Shown here: in pieces, positions 11,434-25,548 of the stretch
How positions within the stretch are numbered: the first letter of the stretch is position 1
Layout of the letters: each line of letters starts with the position of its first letter
NCBI GenBank assembly: GCA_973895155.1
Contig: OZ316891.1
Location: forward strand, 15,779,037-15,843,036
Origin: Marsupella aquatica
Taxonomy: Eukaryota; Plantae; Marchantiophyta
Direction: 5' to 3'
Length of the DNA stretch: 64,000 bases
Notes under the pieces: model-generated
Told to the model about the DNA's origin: nothing
The model's input: only the letters and a program-made list of their open reading frames with translations
Database searches by the model: none
Program-made: the position numbers and the translations under genes

Positions 11434-14400
11434 ATGGGTAAGGCAGAGGCAATGAATGGTGGAAGGAGGCAGCTGCGAGTCGATGTCCCGAAGCAGCAGA
11501 CTCAAATCTCCGACTTCCTGTGAGTTATCTTTTCCCAGAGTTTGGTATTCTTTCCACTTAGTTCAGGCGTGTCATTGGATGACGTCCTGTTTGCCCACCC
11601 CGTGCAATCTGAACGGGCTCCGAACAAGCGGTGGATGGGCGTGATGTTTTCTCAAGATCATATCCTGATATGCTTGCCGAGAGCTAGTGTCGTAGAATGG
11701 AATGTTTCTACCTTAAATGCTGGTATTGCCGTTGTCGCCACAGAATGCTTGTGTGAATGATGAATGCCTGCACTGTTGTGTGAATGATGTGCATGCCTTT
11801 ATTTCCAGCTAAGAACTGGCCCAAGCCAGTGATTAGGAAGCAGCAGAGTTCAGTGCGCGCTTGTCTCGAACCGGCGTTTATAAGAGTTTAAGTAGTCGAA
11901 TTACTATCTTGTCATTCGCGCTAATTTGGTTGAGCTGATTGGCCTGGTTTCCTTGCGACAAGGACTCTTCTAGTATCAAACGCCAATGTCTTTTCCCTTC
12001 CGTCGTCAGCTTTCTCGTATATTGAAATCGATATTGAGGGCCGGTTCTTGAATTGGCAGAGCATCTTAGGCATGTCACCTGTCCCTTTCGAATAATATGC
12101 CGGGTGGGAAACTGCTTTAGGCTGCTGATCTTTGTTTCAGTTGCCAAGTGTCAATTCGAAACCAATCTTAGGAATATCTTACATTCTCTTGCGCACATTG
12201 CTTTCGATGGCTGTCGCATATTATGTACATATGGTTTACCTCGAAGCTGAAATCGAAAATTCCTGTGGTCCAACGATTGATCGTGCGTAGTGTTCGATGA
12301 CCCTGAGGCTGTTGTCCATCGTTTCAGTCTTTGAGTGTCACGTCAACAATTTGGAGAATGTTTACAATGTTCTTCTGTGAAACACATGTTTTCACCTGCT
12401 GTCCTATATAGTATGCTCTGTCCTTCGAAGCTGCACAATTGAAGGTTGTTCCAAGGTTGTTCCAATCCAGATATTGATCGTGTGTAGCTGTCTGGGAACT
12501 CTAGGCTGCTGTGAATTGTTTCAGTTCTTAGTCTTCATGTCGACAGAAGCACATCGTTGTTACGTACTGTCCTGTCCATACTTGTTCGTTTAGTGCTACT
12601 GTGGTAAGTTTCTTCGTTCCAGTGACTCATCCGTGTATCTTGTCCAATAGGGCTGGGTTTGGGTACCTCTTGCATAGAGTATTCTTGAAGTGCTTAAGGA
12701 CAATCACGTATCCTCTATGGTCCCTGTAACAGCGAAGCCCCATCGTGAATCTAGCTTTTGACGTGCTGGATAGGCCGTGTTTATTTATGTAGTCTCCTAA
12801 CATCTGTCTATGTCTAACAGGACGGCCAGCGGAACCTTTCAGGATGGAGACATCTTACTGAATCGGCAGGGCTTACGAGTTGCTACCCAAGAGCCAACTC
12901 CAACGGTTCGTGTAGTCCCATTCCTCATCCTACTCGTCTCCTTGATAAATGAAGAACTGGCTGCAACTTTTTCTAGAAATTAAACCAAAAACTAGTTGAG
13001 CTGGTCTGGGATTGAATGCTTTTACGAAATCACTTTACCAAGTGGCGTTGTCGCTAACATGCCGACTGTGAATACCATCAGGTTGTTGTGCAAGTCCTAT
13101 ATTGTTTTCTGGTTGAATTACCTTAGCCATTGTTGGCACAGGGATTTTGGCAAGTAGCATCATGATGTCGGATGAGGATATAATCAAGGTTTCATGAAGC
13201 ATATATTTGTAGAGCTTCCATCGTTCGCCAGTTTTCTAACCTACTTTACTTTGCTTTAGCGCGTTTCTAGTGCAAGCACCTAAGAAAGTCAACTATCACG
13301 CAGGCCGCTCCCCAAGATGGACAGATGTTGTTGGAAGATCTGGAGACCGTGAAGGTGATTGGGAAGGGAAGCAGTGGTGTTGTCCAACTTGTGCGTCACA
13401 AATGGACTAATGGAATATTTGCTTTAAAGGTAAGTTTAACAACAGAATGCTAGGAGATATTTCAAATTACTTGTTGAAGGATAAGCGTACTAGTTTTGTG
13501 TAGTGTACTACCATTGAGAGATAACGATAACCACATTTCACTTTAGCTTTCAAGGAAAAGATGACATGTTCCAAGAGTCATCAGCATTGTCCTATGGGTA
13601 GGACTTGTCCATGAAATACCTTGAACTAAGATTCAATCCCGTCCACCTACCTTGGGTTCATGGGGTTGGCAACCAAAGAAGAAGGAACGACAAAAATAGA
13701 AAAGTAAAAAAATCATGAGGATGGCCTTTTTCGAATGTTGTGTTTTTCCAGCCACTGAAGGTGATTGTTGGGGTGTGGGGTTCACTGGCAGGTTATTCAA
13801 ATGAATATTCAGGAGACTGTCCGCAAGCAGATTGTCCAAGAGCTCAGAATCAACCAGGCTGCTCAGTGTCCACATGTGGTGGTGTATTATGATGCCTTTT
13901 ATAACAATGGTGTCATCTCCATTGTATTGGAGTACATGGATGGGGGTTCACTAGCAGACATTATCAAAAGAGTGGAGAAAATTCCTGAACCATATCTTGC
14001 TGTTATAAGTAAACAGGTATCTATCGCATGCAGGATTGTCCCAAAGGATATTTATCTGGGTTTGCGGTTGCTTCAACCTGATTTAGACTGGGCCTTCATG
14101 ATATTTTAGTTGGAGCTTTCGTGGTAGGATTGATGTGTTGAGCACTCGACTAGTAGCTGATGACTTTCTTCTGAGATGTGTGGGCAGGTTCTCCAAGGAT
14201 TGATTTTTCTGCATCACAACCGCCTCATTATCCATCGGGATATCAAACCATCAAACTTGCTAGTTAACCACCATGGGGACGTGAAAATATCTGACTTTGG
14301 TGTTAGTGCGAATTTGGCCAACTCAATGGGACAGCGTGATACGTTTGTTGGAACATGCACGTACATGTCGGTATGGTTCCCTCCCTGGACTTTCTTTAAT

Positions 14401-15967
14401 GTTCATTGGTTTCTCTACATTGTGGTTTACCGCCAGAAGAGGAGGTTGTTTTTGTTTATTTGCTTTCCTTTCCCTTTCGAAAATATTTAGTGAGTAAAAA
14501 GTTCACATCAAATTCTTGTGGCTTGCAGCCAGAACGAATCAGTGGCAGTAACTATGGATTTGACAGTGACATTTGGAGCTTGGGCTTAACATTACTGGAG
14601 TGTGCCCTTGGACGCTTTCCTTACCAACCTCCTGGAAATGAGGAGGGTTGGAGCAATTTCTATGAGCTGCTTGAAACAATTGTGGACCAGCCACCACCGG
14701 TACCCCCTCCAAGTCAATTCTCTCCAGAGTTCTGCTCCTTTATAGGATCTTGGTAAGTATCTTAGTTTTGCCACATCAAAACTGTCTTCTGCAAGTATAC
14801 AAGTGCGTTAGCAAAGGATGGTATGTGTGCTCTTTAATTAAACAATTAAGGAAGCCAAGAGTCAGTGGGTGATCTTCACCCTCGCGGTTGGTGCAGTGGG
14901 CTTAGCAAAGTCGGGAGTATCTTTGGTCTTGGTCCTTGTGTCTTCATAGACATCATTATCATTTTTTAGTTTATTCTGATCTCCAGCATGCAAAAGGAGC
15001 CTCGGGACCGCATGTCAGCTGCAGATCTTTTGGTAAGTAATCTAGACATCCTGAATATTTGTTCATAAGTAAGATTTTTGCTTACAAATTATGACTGATC
15101 TTGCCCTTAGGTGGAAGTTGGTAGCCCTCTCTCTCTGAATCTCTGAAGGCCAAACTATTGCGTAGATTTTTGGTTTGTTCAGTGTGATATAAAGAACAAA
15201 TTCTTGGTATATGTAGTGAATGAGACTATGGTACATTCAAGCAAGAAAACATTGAAAGTTCTGAACCATGCTTCACATCCGAGTTTTTATTGAAAACAGA
15301 ATTTGAAAATGTAAAATACGGGAGTTGGGTGTCATTCGGAAAAGATATGAAGAATCTTTTGCCATCCATTCGTTTTTGTGTTGATTCGGTTTGATAATGC
15401 CGGAGAACTTGTGGACTCTCTATTATAGAAATTTGAAAATCCCGAAGCAGTCAGTAATGTGACAACTTGTATAAATGTGCGTTGCTGATGATTTGTTACG
15501 TTTTTTGAATAATGTTAGTCGTGTCTATTGATCCTTTCTAGCTTCCACAACTTTGATAACGATCATTTTGGGAGTTCCTCAGGAAAATGCTTCTGAAAAA
15601 TCAAAAACGGGGATGACAAATAATCACAAGGGTAGCTTTTCTGTAGGGATTCAGTTAGTGTAACAGCTAAGCCTGTCATTTTCTAGCTGACGGTGTGGTG
15701 ATTCTTGGATTTCAGTTTTTGAGTCAGTCGTGCAAGTAAGTTGGCCCTTTAGGAGCAATGCTGGGTGTCATGACAGGAATCTCTGATAACTGATTTGCAG
15801 TGACTTGATGTGCCCCCACATCGTACTTGATGCTATTTAGGACATCTGAGCAGATGTGGGCTAAAGCTGATTGAGCCTGTGTGCAGAATCATCCCTTTTT
15901 GAAGAAATACGCTGATGAAAGCGTCAATTTGGCCGTTCTTATTCCGGAGCTTTCACCGTCAGGGTAG
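11434..15967 (+). CDS. MKK6: Group A MAP kinase kinase (MKK6/MKK1-like), 351 aa; exons 11434-11519, 12821-12905, 13304-13429, 13792-14016, 14188-14370, 14529-14752, 14987-15032, 15887-15967
   Basis: All introns are GT-AG with consistent phases; [32 protein letters not shown] and activation loop [11 protein letters not shown] (S-x5-T); the symbol reflects the closest subfamily, orthology untested. Confidence 0.93.
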
Positions 15968-17799
15968 TCCATCACGATGAGCTTTTTTCTAGTTGTGGGG
16001 TGTTGCACTCAACTTGCAAGTGAATTCTGCCCAGACAATTCTCGTACTGGTGTTGTAGGTGAACGGGAAACAAAGCTGAACTTTAATCCACCCTGATGCA
16101 TTCCACTGTGGCTGTGTACTTCTAGTTCCTGGGAAATCTTATCAGTCCAAAGGCTTGGGTGGGATCAGTGGACAGTGCTATATGGCTCTCAGACTTGTGC
16201 ATGTGACTTGAGCGGAAATTTGACGCAGGTTTCCCAATTCTTGAATTTGATATGCCTACTAGGAGTTGAGGCCTGCTGCCATGTGACGAAACTGGGCAAG
16301 ATGGTCTCAAATAGTAGGTCACATCGAAACGAGGTTTAACTGACAAGATAGTGGGATTGTGGCAATATCAAGGTGATAGAAAATGTACAGACCATGTGTC
16401 GTTAATATTGTGTTGTTTATCTGCAAGTTTGTACTCCTTTCTTCCTTTTATCTAGGTTCAATGTGACTAAGTGGATGTGATCTTGGAAAATTGTTAGGGT
16501 GAGTCGCTTGCGTGTCCCTCATCTAGCAATAAAGAAATATGGACTGAATGTGAAGCGCCAATGTCTTCTCTAAGATTGCCTTTGAAGGAGAGGTTATGAG
16601 GTGAACTACGTTGGAATTGTTTTACGGGTTTGTATTGCTTCACAGGTGTTATTTCCGTGGGATGCGTTGCAATTTTCAGGTCGACATGGTTGTTGTACTA
16701 CGTGTCGTGCCAACCCAAATTTTTTGCTGAATTTTTCATTCCTGTCTGGTCCTGCACCCCGTCGCAATTTGGAAGAGACGTTCTCCTGCTTGAAGGAAAG
16801 GATAGCACAAGATAATTGTGGCCTCAGCTGGTTGTCTTTTAGGGAGGCCACAGCCATGGTTGCGTTGTGGATTGTCCTTTCTCGCTTCAATAGTGAGTGC
16901 TCTGGGCGAGACGATCCTCTGCCCTGGCAGAAGGGACCTGTAAAATGGCAATGACTAGTGAAATGCAACTATGCACTTTGCCTGACAGATCTACTGAAAC
17001 CACGGTCCATTGTATTCTTCTCGTTTGGATCCACAACGTCATGGAAAAACAAGACCATGATATATGTTCGACCACAGTTTTCCAGGTTCATCCATAGAAT
17101 TCATGAGGACTTCAACTCACTGGAAGTGCAAGTTTAACTCGCACAATCGCTATGTTAAATTTCTACTTTGTCTGTTGCTGTTCCTTCTGTGGTGCTTCAA
17201 AGTAAACAATTGACAGGAACTGAACAAGGGAGAATGCTTTGGAATCAAAGTCCGGAAATACTCTTAGATCATCTGATGGAAGGATCCTGAACTTTTTTAC
17301 ATTATTCTGTGGTCCCTGCCAGCATACTCTGGATGTGTCCATACTCCAGAAGTATGGAACAGGAGAGAGGGTTGTCCCATTTACAGCACAGCTGCCCCAA
17401 CAAATTTCGTAGAACTGCTGTCGAGACTCTTGGTGAGAAGAAATAGATTTGCCACTCAGCACAAAGATGCAAACCAGATTTGGACTGCATTTGACACCAT
17501 AGGCTTGGTTGGGAAGTTCATCTGATTAAATCTATGGGACGTCGAATATATGAAATGTTAGCAGTTGCTGGAATTTTTGCCACCACTAGACCCAATCATG
17601 GGGGAGGCATGAAAAGTAAACCTGCTTTTAGACTTGCCCAGCAACGCTTTTGGCCAAGGAATGAAACTCAACTCAATGAGTATATGGATAGAGGCACTAC
17701 TGGTAACCTCATGGTACTCAGCATAGAAAGAGCACAAATGTAGGCCAAACGATTAAGATTAGTCTAATACCAAAACCTCCCAATAGATCATTCCCAATT

Positions 17800-18507
17800 G
17801 GAGGTATTCTATAATGCGAGCAAACAGGAGTTTTGTTAGCAAGGGGAGTATTGTTAGCGAGACACTTGTGGTTTTAAATTTATTTTGCTTTTTGCTGCCT
17901 TTTCTATTTTGTGTGTGTTTTTTATGACTCCAAATGACTAGCGAGATCTCTAACATAAAGAAGAGTTCCCAGAATGGATGTTATCAAGCAGTTTACTCTT
18001 AGCGAGACAATTGCATATAGAAAAATTAGGGGTCATGTGAGTAAACGTTTTGCTCATGCGAGGAAAATTTCTACTGTTCCTCGCACGCTACAATGACCCT
18101 TCCCAATTGGCATTGTGTCTAAAGGTGTCATGAAAGAAAACAAGTACCAGTCATGTCCCCAATGGGAGGCTCAGCAACATGAGCAAAGGATGCACTCCAA
18201 ACCACTGAGGTATTCTATGTTGCGAGCAAACAGGAGATTTTGATAGCGAGGAGAATGTTATTAGCGAGACACAAATGGTTTCAAATTTCATTTGCTTTTT
18301 TGGTGCCTTTTATATTTTTTGTGTTTTTTTAAAGACTCCAGATGGCAAGCGAGCTCGCTAGCAAAAAGGGGAGTCCCCAAAAGGGATGTTACCAACCAGG
18401 TAGTTTGTAGCAAGGCAGTTAGATGTAGAAAAATAGGGGTCATGCAAGAAGTTTTTTGCTTGTGCGAGGAAAATTTTTACTGTTTGCTCACACATTACAA
18501 TTACCCC
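17800..18507. repeat. Two diverged direct copies of a roughly 300-bp non-coding repeat
   Basis: About 17800-18100 and 18208-18507 align by eye (GAGGTATTCTAT..GCGAGCAAACAGGAG ... GCGAGGAAAATTT..TACAAT.ACCC). Confidence 0.7.
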
Positions 18508-21500
18508 AAACCACTCTCCCTGGTCATCCCTTGTTCATCCCTTGACATAAGTGTGCTTCACAACATTCGAGTGGTGGACCTAGCACAGGTCCACCACTCA
18601 AATGGTGTGAAGCACTTGGGATCCGAGATCAAGGTAGTCTCGCCTAAGCACTGTGAGTGTTCAAGTGCCAACACGGAACTCTATGGGCAAGTAACCCGGT
18701 GTCTCTATGGCCAGCAGCAACTTTCATACAAAGCCGCACCCACTCCCAAATTAGATAGTGCCGCTATTTGCTGGAAAGGTTAAATGCCATTAAGTACTCT
18801 CCATGCTCCAAAATTTGCAACAAAAATGGTCCCTACCGTGCACAAGCAACCAACCTAACCTGTAAGTAAACTACCTTGGTCTCAAATCCCAAGTCATACC
18901 GGTCTTGCCTCACGCTCAACAGCTATTAGCAAGTAGGTCACCGGATCATGTGCATCATGCCCTCGGGTTTAGGCCTACTCTGCAATTCTCCCCAAATTCA
19001 AGCAGATCAGGAGGAGGTAGTCCTCCTTGAGAGATTTCTAACGCACCCAATAAGTCTCCCAACAGACTTTCCATTGAGTAGATATTGTCGTTGTTATTTG
19101 GTGTCTTCCCTTGGTAGGGCACCCATCGCACTCCATGACTTGGGCTCGCACTTGGCCTAATTACAAGGTTACTTTCCAAGTCTATGCTGGCTGATGCTTG
19201 TTGACAAGACCTTGAATGACCCAATCTCTTTGTCCCATCTCCATTCTTCAACCTCCATTGATTTCCATCTGCCCATGCTCTCTATGTTTCTGAATTATAG
19301 ATTCCGCGTTTCCTCCATCTCCCCTTGGTGCAATATCATAACCTTGTGAGGGTGGTCTGCTCACCCGCTTGTCTTGTGCAAAATGTTGTTGACTTCTCAA
19401 AGAACTAGAATTGTGCCCACTCCCTTTGCCATGTAACATCCAATCCCAAAAATTATTATATATCTCTGCCTCATCCGTCTTGCCAATTCTCCTCGTCATT
19501 CTCGATCCCAATTCGTTCCCAAATGCATTCCATCCTTGAAAACTCCCTTCAAGCGCTTTGTGGAGCCCTCAACTGGCTGTAGTAATCCATGTTTCTGAAT
19601 ACCCTTTTTCCTGCTATCTCTCCATAAATATTTGGTGGAAAAAATATTGCAACTACTGCCTATCTCACCTGTGCATAGTCAATACTAAGTTGATGTTGAA
19701 TTCACAATCTTTGGTCCAGAGTTGCACACTGCTGCCCGTATCTGCTTTACTTTCTCTCCTAGTAACAAACCTAGACTCCACCAGGCAAAGTGCTTCAATC
19801 TGATTGCCAAATCATTTTCCCACCAGTCTTGGATGAAATCGGGGATGCAATCTTCTGAGAGCTTATCTCCTCCTGACCACCTTGCGAGTTACATCCTAGA
19901 TTCCTTACTAAGGTAAAAACTGTCATCATATACATTTCTATTATCATTGCCATCAAACTTTTTGGGAGCTCCATCTCTTTTTGCTCAGACCTCCAAATTG
20001 GTGAAAAAAAGGAAAAAGGGCAACAGCATTGCCTAGAAGTGGGAGGCTCTGGCATTGGGTTTAGCCTGGTTTAGGGGCATTGTTGGTTGTCCTAAAAGGA
20101 GAAGAGATAAGTTTAGTGTGGACGACAAAATTGTTGACCATCATATTGTGGCTAATGTGGCTAGTTGGGACACTGGCTAAAGGACCACAATGACCCTACA
20201 AAATATAATTACATTACCGCCACAGATTTTTTAGTGAGGTGATTTTAGCACGTTCATTTCCTCCCTTTGCTAGTGTTGCGTCTAACCATCCCTGAACCTG
20301 ACTACATACCACACACTGCTAGTTGTGGACAATGGCTTGCCCAATCCCAAAGAAAACACTACTTACTCTCAGAACATACATGAGTCATCGACCAGATTAG
20401 AGCTATGTAAGTGGAGCTTATAACAAGTGTGCTATTGAAGGTAGTCTTATGTTACCCATGCAATGAAAATGTTCCATTAGTTTAGTGATTATGTTGTCCA
20501 CTATATGTTTTGGTAGACCCCTGACATGTACTTTTAACTCATTAGTCATATTATGCTTGGAATTGTTTAGGGTTTAGGGTTTAGTGACCAACTACCAGTG
20601 AGCTTGAGACCAAAGTCAATAAATAAGCAAAACCAAAGGGTTGACAGGTCATCTAGAGAAACTCTACCGGGCATGCCCTTGCAACCCCACTTTCTATTTG
20701 TCACTAACTAGATGTCTGCCCTGCCTCCAGGATATGCTCATGGCCCCAAGCACATACTTAAGATTTTGAATCTAAACCATGTAGCCAGCATTGGTGAGTT
20801 TCCCAATAGACATCATGAGATTTGTACACCCGGCATGTACGGAACATTGCTCACAACTTTATTATAAGTTCTCAAAATCTATGAGCACTAGCATTTCACC
20901 AAAGTTTCATCTAGATATCGGGCACCATGCTACCCAAATGGACCTTCTGAGTTCATGGCAAGGTAAATCTCATTCATACATTTCCAAAAAGCTGTCACAA
21001 AGATATTGTTGCTTCCATTTGGGTCTGGACACCTTGTAGCGGGAAGTGCCCAACTCCCAAAGATTGATCAATTTGAGAAGAGATGGGAGAAGAACACTCT
21101 CTTATACACCTCTGGAAAGCTGTCACCTCTGGACCAACTTTGGTCCTCTAAGTTTGGCCTCCAACCTTTGCATTATTGGGACTCCATAATTGAGCCCGAT
21201 AGTTTAACCATCTAGCTTAGATCAGCTATGGAGTAGTCCAGGAAAACCCTTGGCCCTGACTTTTCCAATGGACATTTTAGCTAAGAGTAACTGTTATGCC
21301 CTCGATCACCTCTATAGACACACAGTCTAGGCATGTCCAGATCCTTAACACAATCTTGCCCGGGCCACAATCAGAGATTTAAGTGTCCATGATCAAGCTC
21401 ATGCAATGCTTGAGCTGCTGCTATGGCGTCTCCATTCCCAATAATTTATTTACAAAGGTTTTGCACATACCTCACGTCTTGCACAGGCGCAAACTGAACC

Positions 21501-23473
21501 TATGGCATGAGATTTTGACTGAGATTCTCATGCCTGCACCCCCTCTTCAGGCAAGCCTGACTGCATCGCATGTGGAGAACCAAGGGCAAATGCAGGAAAC
21601 TTTCCTGCCCTGAGTTCCTGACCTGTGAGATCTGAATGAAACAAGATGGGGCAGGGCCACTAAAACTGGGCTCAGTGACGCCCAGCAGCAGAAACTTAGG
21701 GAGAACTCAGGGCCTGAAAGGAAATGGCAGTTTACATGCAAGACAACCCTAAATTTAGAACAAAAAATGACCATACAGTTTACTTTTGTGAAAAAACTTG
21801 TTATGGTGTAAAAAAATAGTTCACAAGTCCAGGACCTCTCTTGTAAAGCCACCGTGAGAGCACTGGGTACACTTGACTGTCTACCCGCCAGATTCCCTCG
21901 GTGCAAAGTATGAGTTCAATTTCAAATATTTTTTTCTGTAAGTGGATAATTATTAATGAATAGAGTCCATGAGCTTACCAAACTCGTACCAAGTTGTATG
22001 TTCTTTGTTGTCCTCTCGAAGTGCCGATGCCGCCAGACTATGAGTAGTAATTATTCGGCAAGAATTATTGTCACGATAACAGGTTTTTCCGTACTTGTAC
22101 GTGTACAGTGGACGAACATACCGGGGCTCAGGAATGTAATGTAGTGTACAGTGGTGTCGTGACCAGGGCAACGACTGAGCGGTAAAGTAGTGTGAAACGA
22201 CAGCCTGGAAAGTGGTCGCCATCCCCATCTGCTCCGAAACATCCCCGGGACAGCCACTCAGACTGCGCGGTGTCGCCACGTGGGTGCCAAGTAGGATGGC
22301 GATCTCACACGAGTGATTAGTGAGTGGGACGCTCTCGAGAGATTCTCCTAGGAGTATCGGCGTAGCATTCTAACTCCGGCCCGCACGGCCCCGTCCTCGC
22401 GTTCGCGTTGCTTACTTGCTTTCCGGCCCAAGCCCAAGGAGAAAAGCCCTGCCTCCGAAATTCCGGATTGTACTGCGAGGGACGATATCACACACCGCAC
22501 AACGCGGCGAATCTTATATCATTTTTGCAGGAGGCTTTTCTTCTGTGATCAATGAGTTCCCTGCCAAAATTATGTTTGTTGTTTAAGCCACGCGTCAGTT
22601 CTCGATCGACGGTCAGATAAGCCCGTCGGAAAGGTATGATTATTACGGAGTATTTTGTTAATTCAATAAATAGTGTGCTTGCGTTCAATAATTGTTTTTG
22701 GGAGGGACCTCGAAATCGATGTCAAAAGTCTGGACACAGTGGACAGTGATCGCGGACGTAAATCTTGGGTATATCAGTATGCGGCCTGGACCCGTAGGTT
22801 AAATCAATATTTATTTAATAGTCTTCCACCTCGACTCCATGGCAATGATAGTTTCACACGGTGATTGCTGTATATCTGTAGTTCTCACACAAACACAAGC
22901 TGGAATGGAGAACTCCGCAATCCGTACTTTAGGAAAAAAGATGGGATGAGACAAATGTTTTCCTCGAGTCTGGGCAGTAGTTACTGGCTTCGGGTTATGC
23001 AGTTGTTTTCTAGTTACTGGCTTCGACTTATGTAGTTGTTTTCTATGCAGTTTCGTCCTCGATTTCATCGCACTCATTCGCATAGCTAAGTATTAATAGC
23101 CCAATGGCAACCCGCAAGAATATGCCGACGGTGGCAACATCCGAGCCACAGATGTTTGCGATCGACTGTAGGTTCCGCCAGAAACGTGGAAAAGCACTTC
23201 CACATACGCGTCAATGGAAGCAGCACGACGGCGTACTCTGTCGACGGTACAATCAATAATACTCCACTACTAGTCCACGCTTTACCGTTGTTCGACCTTT
23301 CAATCAGTTCAGTGCTCGCTACGGTACAGGGGCTCCTGGCGCATCGATGCTTCGGCTTGCAAAATGATGCACTCGCTATCTTTGACCTTCCATCAGTGCG
23401 CCGTGAGTCCTACAGGAGTCTTATGGTAGGTGAGATCATTCGCCATGAGCGATTGATTCATGCAGGTAGACTT

Positions 23474-23522
23474 GTGAGAATGGCCTGACCAGTGAGAATG
23501 GCCTGACCAGTGAGAATGGCCT
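23474..23522. repeat. 18-bp minisatellite GTGAGAATGGCCTGACCA, about 2.7 copies
   Basis: Directly visible. Confidence 0.85.
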
Positions 23523-25548
23523 TAAGGAGATCCAAGCTTTCGAGGAGTGTCATCAGTACAGGCCTGACTTGCCCTGCAGCTGTTGTCTGCTTGTCTGGTT
23601 CCTGTTTCACAACAGGGATTTGGGAAATAACGATTCCAGGTGGCTCTCGGTGTCTACTCGGCCGTCCGAAGAGCCCATTAGCGGCAATTGCGATCCCTGG
23701 AGAAGAAGTCACTGAGTAACAGCCCCGGCAATGATGACAGTCATTAAGTGAAGAACGCGTACCCTTAAATGGAACACCATGCCCGGGATGATTACTTGAT
23801 ATAAATGCGAATTGCATATTCACAGAGCATTCGCTTACCGAAGAGGTCCACCATACCAAACAATTATCTTTGACCTTGAGCACGACTGCAACCAGGTACC
23901 TGATGGATGCTGAACGTTCGATTCCAAATCATCATCGGCCTTGGGGATTGATAGACAACCGGGATCCGTGTTTTAAATATTTGCAATCGCTACAGTGGTT
24001 TCAATATAACACAGGGCATAGAAAAAGGGCACAAGAACGTTAAAGGATACCTTTTGCTGACTTTGGTCTTACCATTCGCTATTTTAATAGCCATCAACGG
24101 TTCACTCGAATCCGTTGCAACCCTCTCTGTTCAACACTACGAGTGGCAGCAAGACGGATTGCTTAGATTGATGATCTTCATGAATGTTGCTGGTCCACAC
24201 ACACCTAATATACGTTTTCTAATCAACAGCATAGATATCGATTTATTGCACGCGTCTGGAAAGGTATGCTTTCTATCTCTGGAACTAATCATCGAGTTCT
24301 ACGGTCTGCAAAAAACCTTAGCAGGCTTATGCCGTACGCACAGTCCGACGCGGCTTCAACCGATTCCCTGCTCGTTGATACCGACAACTAAGGCTCCACT
24401 TTCATGGTAAATGTTCTTAAATGAAATCCCTTTCAGACAATGCGTGTTCAGGTCCCACGATACGAAGAAGCTGATGTACTACAAATAGGAAAGCTCCAGT
24501 AGATTATGAGCCATCGCTGGACTCAATTATCGCTAGAAAAGTGAGCGCGTTGTAGAGAAGACTTCCCGGGTAAGAATGAGAATCCGACTGCTGTTCGGCA
24601 TCTCCTGCATGTGAACTCGCGACTAAACCAATACAATCTAACTAACGCAGCACAATACTTCAACCATATGACTGTCAATTCCGAAACATATCCTCCGCGG
24701 CGACATCATAATTTGTTTCAAAATTCTCGCGTGCTGCAGGAACGTGGAGCTTTCACTCAACAGTCAACCATATTCTCGATAGTCAAAAATATTTGTCAAT
24801 AGACAAACAATGGCAACCTGGTATAGTGAACGACTCTGCTCTCTCGGTAGATCTTCCACCTACAATCCTCCTTACCTGCAGAGTACATTCGGGCAGCGAT
24901 AGATAGCTATGGATTTCAACCCGAAATCCGCGCAGGGATCGATAGCAATGGATTTCAACCTGGAGTAAGTCCAGACGATAATGATAGCTTCCATGTGGGA
25001 CATATGTGCACGGCCACTACATGTTAGACTGATGAACTCGGGATCCTAAACTCACAAAACCATGTACAGAACTTCTGCTTCGGCCCATAGTTAAACCCTT
25101 GTCCAGACTCACTCAACTTGACACGAAAGTGCAGATCAAAGTGAAGCGGACAGAAGAGAAGGCGAAATGAATTAACTCTTACGTTTGCATCCTGCAATCC
25201 AGGGGAAAAACAATGGATCCAAGCTTCAAGCTCCTAATTGTCCATAATTGTAAACGTTGTGCACACGCACATTTTAGACTCCCATCTGTGGAGAAGCGCT
25301 TGCAGGGATTTCGCCAGATCACTAATCAGCCGAGAGAGTCCACGAACGAGTGATACTCCCGAAATTGAGAATCTAGCACATCCAGAGTCGATCTCGTGAT
25401 GCTCAATAGTTTTAACAAGTTCGAATTTTCATCTAAAACTTAATTGGTTGTGCTCAAAAGACGACAATCCAGGCTATGAACAAATGACCCATTCCAGTAT
25501 TGAGTAGCGAAATAACCTATAGAAGCCTAAGAGGTTCTGAAACAGCTG

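Noticed and set aside
20566-20584. TTTAGGG repeats (also near 30941 and 45556)
   Set aside because: Only 2-3 units; telo-box-sized, not a telomeric array
22140-22500. GC-rich island with a G-box (GCCACGTGG) as a possible ncRNA or promoter
   Set aside because: No tRNA, snRNA or SRP signature and no supportable linked gene
23458-23883. 141-aa minus-strand ORF ending in AILTGQ repeats
   Set aside because: The repeat comes from an 18-bp minisatellite; no domain or splice support
24990-25002. USE-like GTCCCACATGG on the minus strand, suggesting an snRNA or telomerase RNA gene
   Set aside because: No correctly spaced TATA box and no recognisable snRNA or template sequence downstream
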